A stretch of 60,267 bases of DNA from Octopus bimaculoides (lineage: Eukaryota): positions 31,748,033 through 31,808,299 of the forward strand of contig NC_068998.1 in the NCBI RefSeq assembly GCF_001194135.2. The letters are read 5' to 3'. Below the pieces are notes generated by a model that was given only the letters and a program-made list of their open reading frames with translations, did not search any database and was not told the DNA's origin. Below, piece after piece: positions 38,546 through 50,639 of the stretch; the stretch's first letter is position 1, and each line of letters begins with the position of its first letter. The position numbers and the translations under genes are program-made.

Positions 38546-38769
38546 ATGCACATGCACAAGAAAAATGAAGGGTGGAAGGTAAAATACAGGAAAAAAGTGT
38601 AAAAATATATAAAACAATAAAAATATAAAAATATATCTCTATAGATATGTAAAATATATGTAAAAAATATATAAGAAATATATATAAAAAGTATAAAGAG
38701 ATAAAAAGCTTGTACGTGGACACAATATAAAAAGCAAGTTCTATCTGTGATCTTGGGAGGACCAAAAAC

Positions 38770-39499
38770 GTAACAATTATTTAGCCACATGTGGACATGA
38801 TCCAAAAAGTTCAGTTCTTGAATTTAGACATGTAGCAGGGTATAAACTGCTTTTCCAGATGAGCCATCTTTCCATATCACAAAGACCGCACTTACCACTG
38901 CCGTTGGTGTCAGATCTTCCAATGGATGTTGTAACTGATAACTTTATCTTTTAAGGACCATATGTGGCTGGATAATTTGGTCGTTTTCCTTTTATCCCAA
39001 TGCTTGAAGCTCAAGGTGTGATTATTGAACCTGGCCTTGAAATTCCCCTCTGTAAGGCCCACATATTTCTTTGTCGAAACTGTGCCCTTAGTGGTTGTAG
39101 AGTCTACGGTGGTTTCATAAATGATTGTCTCGGACATGCAAGCGCCATTTAGCGAGCACAAATTTTTATCCCTGAATGAACAGCTGGTTTCATTTTGTGG
39201 TTTTTGTGTTTTGTGTGCGATTATATTTCTAAAATTAGTAGTTGAGCTGAAACTGATTTTTAAGTTATGTCTATTGAAGAGCTTTCTGTAACTGGTTGAC
39301 TGGAAAATGTCTATCTATCAGTGCTAAGAAATACTTACCTATATTAAAGGTCACTTCGGTGGAGTAGGGGTGTGTGGTTCACAGGTGATCTAAACGACTA
39401 GGTACGCTGGGTATGTGCTGTAGCGGATTGCCAGGGCTCCACTCTCATAGTCGAGACGGGAGTTATTGAACCATTGTAGATTACTGATATAGCAGATAT
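38770..39499 (-). mobile_element. Penelope-like element 3' part (RT-thumb linker and GIY-YIG)
   Basis: IGKYFLALIDRHFP...FNRHNLKISFS (39350-39230); ORF 38910-39161 CSLNGAC..IIYE...KYVGLTEGNFKARFNNH..SFKH; then CGLCDMER. Confidence 0.88.
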
Positions 39500-40687
39500 A
39501 TATTTGTTAAAGAGGACAACAAATGTTAAGACAAGACAAACATCTCAAGTCATATACGTTATTATTATTAGAAAAAAATAAAGTCTTACAGCTGTTTCTG
39601 GGATATCCCGTAATTGGAGACAAAAAGGGAAAATGTGAAGGGTATAGATTAAAGAAACGATGAAATAAGGGACTGAAGAAATAAAGAAATGAAGAAAAAC
39701 GAAGCACAAAAGTCCACAGTTCAGCTATATGATAGTGTAGATGCTAGTCGATAAGTTATTAGGTACAATCCTATGTAAATCCAGGTATGATTAAAGCCTT
39801 CAGAGTGTAAATGTCCAGAGAGAAACGTGACCATATCGATGATTCGTAAGAGAATGATAGCAGAAGTAGCTATTGAGAGATAAAGAGAAAGAAAAATAAA
39901 TAGAAAGAGAGAGAGGTATTGGTAGGAAAGCTGGAGGTACAGAGAGAGGAGGAGGAATGCAATTGACAGGGCATTGGCAAGGATTGGTAAGAAGAATAAA
40001 ATAAGTAATATAAAAATATAATGTACAAAAATAAATAAGAAAATAAATAAATAAATATACAAGGGTAAATAAGGAGAGAAAAAGGAAGGTAAAGAAAGAT
40101 AACGTAAAAAATACAAAATTAAGTAAATAAAATGAAAGGGATTTAAAGAGAATCGGATAGTGGATGTCAGTGCTGTTCTAGTTTTTAGGGGTTGAGGTAG
40201 GAAGTCAAGTAGTAAGTGTTTGTGTCTAAATTCAGTGGCTATAGAGATATTTCTAACTATTAGGGTATGAGTCTCATAAAGGGTGAACGTGTAGGTAGAC
40301 GTGAATGGAGAAACCAGTTAAATGTTAAATTATCTAGGAAAAAGGTTACAACTAAGAATTAGGGGATCTATGAGATTAAGTTTTAAAATAAATTAAAGAA
40401 TTAACAGTTATCTTCTAAAGTATTAAGATTGGTAGAAAAGATACACAAGGGTATATAATAACGACCATGGATGTAGGTATGTATTATGTGTGGAAGGTAA
40501 GTTTACACTTGGATTTATGGAAGAATTTAAAAGTGCGGAAGAATTTGTGTTTACACGTTATGAAGGCTTCTTGTTTGTTGAGTAATTGTGGTGAGTTATG
40601 GTTTAAAATTTTGAGGGCTTCTTTTAGGCAGAGTCCACAAGTGGGGCACTGGTCCTGATATGGGATGCCAGAATCTATTATGGCCCA

Positions 40688-40895
40688 TAGGTGGTGAGCT
40701 GACAGAAACGTTAGCACGTCTGCCGTTACGTTCTGAGTTCAAATTCTGCCAAGGTTGGCTTTGTCTTTCATCCTTTCTGGGTCGATAAATTAAGTACCAG
40801 TTACGCACTGGGGTCGATGTAATAGACTATTAATCCCTTTGTCTGTCCTTGTTTGTCCCCTCTATGTTTAGCCCCTAGTGGGCAATAAAGAAATA
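40688..40895 (+). mobile_element. SINE family C with 18-bp TSD, inserted in the PLE endonuclease
   Basis: TSD agaatctattatggccca at 40670-40687 and 40896-40913; head ggtgagctgacagaa and B-box-like gagttcaaattc. Confidence 0.92.
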
Positions 40896-41321
40896 AGAAT
40901 CTATTATGGCCCAGGACAACCTATATTGCATTTTTCTATTAATTAGATGGTGTACGTAACTGACTAGTGGTGTGGAATTGCTTTGCTCTTTATATTTAAA
41001 TGAGTTTAAATGTGCAGAATATCTTTGGTTAAAATTAGTCGTTGATCCCTTATAGTAGCTATCGGAGTTATTTAATCGGAGTTATTTAATACGTTGAATC
41101 TTCTGCATTGGGTTTGCAGCGGGCAGTTGGTCCCAGATCTGCAGTAACAACTATCTGTTCTGAGATGGGTAGTTGGAGAGAGATTGCAGACAAGTTAAAG
41201 GCTAGGGTTGTATTAGGTGATAGGTTCATGTTATTATTGTTATCATTGCCATTATTGCTTTTATCATTATCACCATTATTACCATTATTATTATTACTGC
41301 TATTATTGTTATCACCGTCCC

Positions 41322-41390
<69 letters not shown>

Positions 41391-41391
<1 letters not shown>

Positions 41392-41766
41392 CTTTCTAAT
41401 TGATGTATCAATATCAGCAGATGACAACGTTTCTCTAAAAGAAATGGAAAAACTTTCAAAATACAAAGACCTGGAAATAGAGATAACTCGAATGTGGAAT
41501 CTAAAAACAGAAACAATTCCTATCATAGTAGGTGCCTTAGGTATAATAAAAAAATATTCAGACAAATACATAACAAAAACACCAGGACTTACAAATATAT
41601 ATATCATACAGAAAATTGCACTACTGGGTACTGCACACATTCTACGCAAAACACTTTCAATACAGTAAACATAAGAGCACCACAGCAAACCACAGCACAT
41701 ACCCAAGGCGCACAGAGCTGCGCTCGGTAGTGAAGTGAAAGCACGTTATAAAAATAAAACTACTGA
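41391..41766 (+). mobile_element. Dong-like RLE retrotransposon 3' end (5'-truncated) within (AAT)n
   Basis: FLIDVSISAD..KEMEKLSKYKDLEIEITRMW...IPIIVGALG...QKIALLGTAHILRK (stop at 41668), a 3' UTR, and (AAT)n on both sides. Confidence 0.92.
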
Positions 41767-43017
41767 ATAATGATAATAATAATAATTATTATTATTATTA
41801 TTAATATTATTATTATTATTAGTAGTAGTATTAGCAGTGGTAGTGGTATTAGTATTATTGTTATTGAAATTATTAGTAGTAGCATTTGCGGTAATAGTGT
41901 TAGTAGTACTATTATTTTCAGTAATCGTAATATCGTCATTGGTGGTAGTATTAGTATTACTGCTAATATTATTAGTAGTTGTTGTATAGGTATTAGGGAT
42001 TAAAGTGGTTATAGTAGAGTTAGTACTGTTTGTATCAGTGTTTCTATTAGTACTACCGTTGGTTTCAACTGTGCGCCCAGTTCCCTCGGAGGTGGTGATT
42101 ATATTATCAAGGTTTAAGTTATTTAAAGTGTTAGGGCCAGGGTGTTTGTGTTTTCGTTGTATAGATCTATGGTAGGGTTGTATGCATTTAGATAATAAGA
42201 GCTAAGTTTACGTTTGTTAAATGAGGTGAAAATAGATTCTATATTTGGTGCAGAGGAATAGGATAATTTTAAAGTGGATCTGTTAAAGATAGGATGGTAT
42301 TTGTGGTTGCGTGGGAAATTAGAGTCTACTATTTTAAAGAATGCTTTAGCAAGGCCATTAACATTAAAAGCGAATGGAGGTTAAGTTGGTTAGGTTTTTA
42401 GCTAGAGTCAGGGCGTCTTTAAGGAGGATTGGTGATATGGAGGCGTAGTAGTTGTTGATGTTGAATTGTAGGAATCAGGAGGTGGTCTTGTTTTGAAGCG
42501 GGTGGAACCAGGTGATGACCTTACCTGTGCAGGATCATAAGTTTACGTTTAGTTTCTTTCTAATTGTAGGTATAATTCTATCTGGTATGTTTTTACTGAT
42601 TCGTCCTATATCAGATTTGATGGGGCAGTTATAGGGTTTGCATTCCTCTTCCTCTCTCTGTACCTCCAGTTTCCCTACCCATACCTCTCTCTCTTTCTAT
42701 TTATTTTTCTTTCTCTTTATCTCTTATGGACTAGCATCTACACTATCAGAAAGTTGAACTGAACCTTTATGTTTCTTTTTTCTTCATTTCTTTATTTCTC
42801 CAGTCCTTTATTTCATCGTTCCCTTAATCTATACCCTTCACCTTTTTTCACTATTTGTCTCCGATGACGGGATATCCCATATTCTGGGATATCCCAGAAA
42901 CAGTTGTAGGACTTAAAATTTTTCCAATAATAATAATAATGTATATGACTTGAAATATTTGTCTTGCCTTAGCATTTGTTGTCCTCTTTAACAAATATGT
43001 GTGTGTGTGTGTGTGTA

Positions 43018-44287
43018 CAGGGTGCGGTGAATATATTGCCGTCTAGATTACGCAAAAATGAAAATAACACTGACATCTCATTTTAACAGATATAGTTACC
43101 AAAATTACATAACAATATCTTCGAATACATTTAGTAAATTTATTCAATAAAATCGTCATTGACTTCAACCACGGCCTCCAGACAACTTCGGAATCTCCTG
43201 CAACTCTTCTGGACAACCTCCTTGTTTAAGTTTGTGAATGCTGCCATAATCCTTGCCTTCAGTTCATCTTTGGTGCTACAAGGCGTTTTGTTGGTCTCTT
43301 GCTCAACTGTGCCCCACACATGATAATCAAGAGGGTTGCAGTCTGCAGAGTTAGGTGGCCAAATATCAGGGGTGATGTGGTCACAGAAATTGTCTGACAG
43401 CCATGATTGGGTTCTCCAGCTTGTGTGGCATGGTGCAGAGTCCTGTTGGCAGAGGTAGGTTCTTCCAGCAGCCACCTTCTTGATCCAGGGTAACACTCCC
43501 TTCTCCAGGCACTTGATGTAGGCCTCCATGTTGAATCTGGGGCCATGTGGGAAGATGAATGGAGGCATAACGTCATCACTAGTGATCGTGCCAAACACCA
43601 TGAAATTCACTGGATGTCTGATTTTTATCACTCTCGGTATATGTGTGTTCACCATCTGATACTGGCAGAAATTTTTCTCATCTGAGAAAAACCAAAGCAT
43701 GTTCGGTTGGGAGGGGGAATGCTTGAGTTTGTTCCAATGCTTCGTAGCGCGGTCTTTCTTCTTGTCCTTGATGGCTTGGGATAAAAATTGATTCTTTCTT
43801 ATCTTGTATGAGGAATACCAAATGTCTTCATGCACTTTCTGCCTGATAAGAAACTCAGACACTCCTATGTCTCTGGCAATGGACCTGATTGACTTGGAGG
43901 GATCGTTATCAATCATGGTGAGATCCATCTCACCAACAAATTCAGAGGTCTTTTCTTATCAGAACGATCAGAATGAGTTTTCTGAGCTGCCGTGCCTTCG
44001 TGATCACCATTAGACTCATCCAACTCATTTCAAATCCTCTGCACTGTTCTCAGATTGACGCCCAAACACTCTGAAATGTTCGTGTTGGAGATTCTAGTGT
44101 GAATGCCAAGCAGTACAGCATGTTGTTTCCAAATTTCTACTGAGTGAATTGTGTCATGGTGCTGTTTTTCTCACAGACAGTGCCCAACTGACCCTACCAT
44201 ACTGTGTAGTCAACAAAATCAAAAACAAACATTGCGTATGTGTGAAATAAAAATATTGAATGGTGACAATTTACCCATTGCACCCTG
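43018..44287 (-). mobile_element. Near full-length maT/DD37D Tc1-mariner transposon, 1270 bp
   Basis: TA|cagggtgc...gcaccctg|TA with imperfect TIRs of about 26 bp. Confidence 0.95.
43140..43928 (-). pseudogene. DD37D transposase, 262-aa open remnant; N-terminus broken and probable small deletion after FCQYQMVN
   Basis: WFFSDEKNF, QQDSAPCHTS and WPPNSADCNPLDY; 37 residues between the second and third catalytic Asp. Confidence 0.9.
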
Positions 44288-44364
44288 TACACACACACAC
44301 ACATATATATATGATATCAGATATATGATTTATATATGTGTATATGAATGTTTGTATGTTTGTG

Positions 44365-44610
44365 CCTCCTTGATTTCACTTCACATGATTGTTGTAAAAT
44401 GGTTGTCACTGTCATATAAGCAGTGTCATTCATTTCCAATATGCTGTGACAGTATGCTTGGTCACAAGGAAATATTAATTTGCTTGGAGGCAGCTGAGGG
44501 TTGGTGGCAGGAAGGTCATTTAGCCATTGGAAATCTGCTTCAATAGACTGCATTCGACTCATGCAAGCATGGAAAAGTGGATATCAAAATGGCAGTGAAT
44601 ATGATGATGA
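44365..44610 (+). mobile_element. SINE tail carrying an RTE-like 3' end with (TGA)n
   Basis: ggtggcaggaaggtcatttagccattggaaatctgc...catgcaagcatggaaaagtgga...tgatgatga; the last part mirrors the RTE terminus near 47300-47350. Confidence 0.6.
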
Positions 44611-45374
44611 TATCTGTGTATGTGTGGTAAATTAGCCAAAAGCTCTTAGATGTTAATTAAAGACGAAATAGTTTTATATGACTTTAATGCATTTACATAG
44701 GATATATATATAGCATAAGTGAATGAAAATGCTAGAAAAATGACAAGCTGCTAAATAAATACAAAACATTAGTCATGATCACACACTTTTACTTCTGTTG
44801 CATTCACTCTTTCTTTAAAGAATAAAGAATATGTTGTTAAAAATCATTTACCAAGCTATATAAAACAAAACAAAAAAAGAAAACAGAAAGAATATTAGTA
44901 GAAAAGAAATATGAGTAAAAAAATAGGTATAAATAAATAAATAAAAAAAGAAGAAAAATGGGAAAAATAATGTTAACCAATAGATACATCCATTACTGGT
45001 AATTCCTGGAATTCAGTGACTTGTATCTTATAACTGTCTTCCAATTGAAGCGAGGACATGTTTGGGCAGTCATGAATGAAACACAATTTCAAGGATTATT
45101 GGCACTATGAGTTCTCTAGATTTTTGCAACAGTGAATAGACTAATTTGATATTGAAATTCTCAATACAAGATGATGTCTATGATTTGATGAAGAGGAAAT
45201 ACACGTGAGAGAGAGTAAAAAAAATATTAAAATCATGAAAGTGAACGAAAAATAAGCAAGCAAATAATATTGGAAAATAGACACAAAACACCTGCACAAA
45301 AACAAAGGTGTGTATGTGTGTGTATAGTCACACACACACACACACATGTATATATACTCACATACATGTATGTA

Positions 45375-45560
45375 TCATCACCATTATTTAATAGCCAGCT
45401 TCTATGCTGCCATGAGTTAGATAGTTTGAGAGGGTCTCATAAACTGAGGGCTGCATCATGCACCAATGTCTACTTTGGCATGAATTCTACAGCTGAATGC
45501 TCTTCCAAAAGCCAACCACTTTACAGAGTGTACAAAATGATTTTCACATTGCTTCTGCAC
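45375..45560 (-). mobile_element. RTE LINE 3' UTR fragment
   Basis: tggcatgaattctacagctgaatgctcttcc...ccactttacagagtgta matches 47410-47470. Confidence 0.6.
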
Positions 45561-45630
45561 TACTGATGATCACATGTATATATTCATGTATATATATATT
45601 TCAATCTATGATTGTGCATGTGTATGTGTG

Positions 45631-45680
<50 letters not shown>

Positions 45681-45873
45681 CATATGCATATACGTGTGCT
45701 TATGTATATATAAGAGGTTATAATAAAAGCTGTGTTCTCATGAAGCAAATCTATCTGTTCATATTAATCCAATGCATGTATATAGATGTTTTATTCAAAA
45801 TGAGGCATATATTTTCAATGAGCAATAGAAAATTTTAGTGAATTGAAATTGCAGAGTAATTACATATCAAAAC

Positions 45874-46155
45874 AGAAGACTGGAACAAATTTGGTATATT
45901 TTGATCCTAATTCCATGTTATATGTGCTTTATTATAGGATTGGAGTTACAAAGATATACATGTAGAAAAAAACATGTATAAAATCTCCTTCAGACAAAGA
46001 CCCAAAAATAGTTTTATTCTTGAACTTTTGTCTGAAAAATTATGGATAGGAAATTCTATACATGTTTTTTCTACATGTATACCTTTTAACTCCTATCTTA
46101 TAATGAGACACATGTAACATGGAATTAAAACTATATCAAATTTTTTCCAGTTTTC

Positions 46156-46157
<2 letters not shown>
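45874..46157. mobile_element. Fold-back MITE, about 285 bp, arms of about 105 bp
   Basis: aattccatgtta...tacatgtagaaaaaaacatgtata is mirrored by tatacatgttttttctacatgta...taacatggaatt. Confidence 0.8.
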
Positions 46158-46193
<36 letters not shown>

Positions 46194-46195
<2 letters not shown>

Positions 46196-46818
46196 AATTA
46201 AAACAGTAGGGTAAAAAATTGGATATTAATTAATATCAATTTAATACCAGGGAACAAGCACATTAAAAGAATCAAGGGGATTCAGAAAAAATATCTGAGA
46301 TCTCAAAAGATTATTTTATATGTATATATAAAGGAGACCACTAGGTGGACTGTTAATGCGCTTGAAGAAGATCACATGTAATGTGTCTACTAAGACCGAA
46401 TTGTTCTCAAAGGAAATTTAGCGAAGTAACAAAAACGTATACGGGCAAGACAAGTGAAAATTACACAAATATATACAAAGTAGATATTTTCGGTGATAAA
46501 ATGTTAATTTCGAAACTAGTTTGCAGACAACTTTGTATATATTTGTGTAATTTTCACTTGTCTTGCCCATATACTTTTTTGTTACTTCGCTAAATTTCCT
46601 TTGAGAACAATTCGGTCTTAGTAGACACATTACATGTGATCTTCTTCAAGCACATTAACAGTCCACCTAGTGGTCTCCTTTATATATATTTTTATGTATA
46701 CATATAAAGTAATCCTTTGAGATCTCAGATATTTTTTCTGAATCTCCTTGATTCTTGTCCCCTGGTATTAAATTGATATTAATTAATATCCAATTATTTA
46801 CCCTACTGTATTAATTTA
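46194..46818. repeat. Long near-perfect palindrome: arms 46194-46480 and 46531-46818, 50-bp spacer
   Basis: Mirror ORFs 46381-46593(+) and 46418-46630(-) both begin MCLLRPNCSQRKFSEVTK; the spacer and part of the right arm recur at about 47038-47216. Confidence 0.95.
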
Positions 46819-47211
46819 ATTTAATTAACCATAACCATGTTCTCAAAGTTGGTATATTCGATGCAGAAACCATTTTCTGCAGAGATATTTCCAGATTTAG
46901 TGCGCCAAAATGAAGACTTTTGAATCTGACCATAAATGTAATTAACAGAACCGTGTACACATGCTTCATTCGTGGGGAACAACTAGTATACGATTTTGAG
47001 AATTATATTTATTTAGCGGTCCGTACTGATGAGAAACAGATATTTTTGGTAAGAAATTGTTAATTTCGAAACTAGTTTGCAGATAACTTTGTATATATTT
47101 GTGTAATTTTCACTTGTCTTGCCCATATACATTTTTGTTACTCCACTAAATTTCCTTTGAGAACAATTCGGTCTTAGTAAACACATTACATGTGATCTTC
47201 TTCTAGCACAT

Positions 47212-47299
<88 letters not shown>

Positions 47300-47301
<2 letters not shown>

Positions 47302-49690
47302 CATCATCATCATCATTATCATGTAACATTCATTTTCGATGCAGGCATGGGTTGCATGGTTTGACAGGAGCTAACCAGCTGAAGGGCTGTTCAGGCTCCA
47401 TGTCTGTTTTGGCATGGTTTCTACAGCTGGATGTCCTTCTTTATGCCAGCTACTTTATAGAGTGTACTAGGTGTTTTTATACAGCACCAGCACGGGTGCT
47501 TTTTACATGGCACCAGTACCTACAACCCACAAGATTAGGTATACTCAGTTGGAGAAGGTTGCAAGGGATGAGCCTGTATGCAAGCGCAACCATATCTTTA
47601 CTTCGCTTGATGTGTCTTTTCAAGCACAGCAAACTGCCAAGAGTTTTGGCCCTCTGTCATCCCAATATCTGTAGATCCTTTCTCACCACTTCATCCCACA
47701 TCTTCCTAAGTCTACCTCTTCTACATGTTCTATTTACAATTAGAGATCAGCACCTCTTGATGCAACTGTCTTCATTCATATGCATTACATGGCCATACCA
47801 GTGCAGTCCTCTGTCTTGCACACTACATCTGATGCTATGTATACCCAGTTTTTCTCTCAAATCACTTAAACTCTGTCATATATGCCCACTGGCATTACTC
47901 ATCCATTGAAGCATATTGGCTTCAAGTTTTCTCATATCCTCAGTAGTCACAGCTCATGTCTCACTGTCATGTAGCATAGCTGTTCATACACAGGCATTGT
48001 ACAATCTGCCTTTCACTCTGAGAGAGAGGCCCTTCATTGCTAACAGAGGTAGCAGCTCTCTGAAGTTCGCACGGCCTATTCTTATTCTAGCAGCTATGTT
48101 TTTGGAACAACCAACCCCATTACTAACTTGGTCACCTAAGTAATGGAAACTGTCTACTATTTTTAAAGATACCCCCTGACATATGAGGTGGGGGGTCTAT
48201 TTTTTGTACATTCCTGGTGTTTAATGTACCTGCACATCTGCCACATCTAAAGACTACTTTCAGTGTTAGTCTTCCAGTGATACCACTGCACCTCTCATGA
48301 GTCCATAGCTTGCACTAGGTACACCTTATGGAGTTTCGCCTGACACCTTTTCTACATATTAAGCAGTGCCATCTCCCTGAAGGGATCTGTGATTTTTCTG
48401 TTTTCCTAGTTATCAATACTTTGGTTTTTGCTAAGTTAATTCTAAGGTCCTCTGATTCCAGACCTTGCTTCCATACCTGAAATTTCTTCTCTAGTTCTAG
48501 TAGTGAGTCAGCAATAAGAACAAGGTCATTGACACAGGGCAGCCAGTCTTAAGTTCCTCAGTTACAGCTTGGAGGGCCATGATAAATAAAAGGAGGCTAA
48601 GAACCACATTGGCGATTCTCACCTTACTAACAACATCCCTGTACATGGCTTGTACAGCTTTCACTAACCACTCATCTATCCCTAGTTTCTGTCTTGTCCA
48701 CCAGATAAGGGAGTAGGGGACCCTATCAAAGGTTTTTTCCATATCAACAAAAGTTAGAATCAGAGGTTTATTTTTGGTCAAATATTTTCCCTGCAGTTGC
48801 CTCACCAGGAAAATAGCATTGGTGGTGCTTCTCCCTGGCACAAATCTAAACTGCATCTCATCGATGCTAACTCTCTTCCTAATTAATTGAGCTATGGCCC
48901 TTTCTGCAGCTTTAATCACCTGGTCCAGTAGTGTGATACCTCTGTAATATTTCTCTCTAGAGCATCACTTTTGCCTTTGTAGCAATTTGACTATAATGCT
49001 GCTAGACCAATCATTGGGTATGACTCCCATGTGTACAACCTGATTAACTATATGGGTGACCAGGTCATGCCTCACTCTATCAGATATTTTAAGCATTTCA
49101 GCAGGGATTCCTGATTGACTGGAGGCTTTCCCTGTCTTCATATGCTTAATTGCTTTATCAACTAAACTACTGTCGATTTGAATAGGTGGCCCCTCTGTTG
49201 GGTCCACATTAGGCAGCCTCTCCTTCCATGCATTCTCTACATTTAGCAGCCTTTCATAGTTTCACTTCCAAGCCTCCTTTTTTGCAGAATCACTAGCTGC
49301 AAGTAAGCCATCATCTGTGCAAGCACTTTTCTCTCCTACCACATCACAATTTTCTCTGACACATTGTCTTACAATCTGAAACACTTCAGACTTTTGGTTA
49401 ACATGATGCAAAACATTGGCAAACTTCCTCCTTTCTGCTTCTCCCCTGGCTAAGTATACCCTCCCAGAAGATTTTATATCTTCGTGTCTTGCCTGTGAGG
49501 AACCTGGCTGAACCTCTACCTTGCTTCTTGAATGCAACATGCATCAACATGTCTCTGTTCAAGCATCTCAATAACCTTGCCAGACTTACTCTGAGAAGCT
49601 GGAAAGGGATGTGGGAGGGAACATGGGATGTAGGGATGGCATTCATCATCTGAAAAGGTTTCAATGAGCGTTTGATAACAAGCATGCCGT
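47300..49690 (-). mobile_element. RTE-clade LINE, 5'-truncated, decayed RT with (GAT)n tail
   Basis: KHMKTGKASSQSGI...IPNDWSSSIIV (48965-49207); IDEMQFRFVPGRSTTNAIFLVRQLQ..FVDMEKTFDRVP (48497-48919); tail catcatcat at about 47302. Confidence 0.92.
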
Positions 49691-49987
49691 GTTTCTACCT
49701 CATAAAATGCTAACCCACTTGTAATTTAATTTAAGATAACTTCCATACTCGTCATTTTTGATGCCCCTTGCTCACTTTAACTTTTACAATTCTTCCTCCC
49801 TGGTTTTTATGAACCCCATCTGTCCCCTTGTTTTGGAAAGTAGCAGTTTCACTGTCTTCCTTATTTGTGATGCAGCCACCCAATCCTGCACTCAATATCT
49901 ATATTGGAAAACTGTTCTCTTATACTGGAAATCTCTCCTCTGTACCAGAAGGCTCTCATAGCAACCCCCACTAGTAGTCTCATCCAC

Positions 49988-50083
<96 letters not shown>

Positions 50084-50272
50084 TGTATGTATGTATGTAT
50101 GTATAACAACCAAAGAAGCTAGTTCTAAAATCTCTATAAAATCTCTACTGATGAAGGGCAAATACCCTTAAATCAGGTTGGTCTACTGGTCCCGTCAAAT
50201 CTTTGGATGGTAGGGGGTTTGCAGTAGAGTTACTACTTGGATCTCTTATCACAAGAGTTACTACCTGCTTCT

Positions 50273-50311
<39 letters not shown>

Positions 50312-50639
50312 GATGGGAAATTGAAAGAAGACCTTCATATGTATGTATATATGTATGCTTATATATATATATGCATATATGGATACATGTACATGTATAT
50401 GTACATATGTGTTTGCATGTCTATGTGTGTTTGTATATACACACACATGTATCTTGTGGGTGATATTTTCAACCAAGACATTATAATCATATCTGATTCT
50501 TCAAGAGCTTCAATTCTGTATATGTACATATATTTACTGGACTGCTGACATTTATTAATTGTTTTCTCCATTGTGATGATGAGCCATTTTCTATCACTAA
50601 TAAAGCAGTCAGCATTTTTGATGACACGGGTATATATAT

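Larger units (their letters stand above)
39500..42998 (-). mobile_element. 5'-truncated Penelope-like element with its 3' terminal region copied in inverted orientation at the 5' end
   Basis: 39500-39962 is the reverse complement of 42638-42998 (the latter with an internal deletion). Minus strand between them: KSDIGRISKNIPDRII (42620-42560), PPFAFNV...HKYHPIFNRSTLKLSYS (42380-42260), a T/N-rich linker, YKGSTTNFNQRYSAHLNSFK (41060-41000) and WAIIDS..PY..CGLCLKE...LLNK (40717-40484). Confidence 0.82.
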
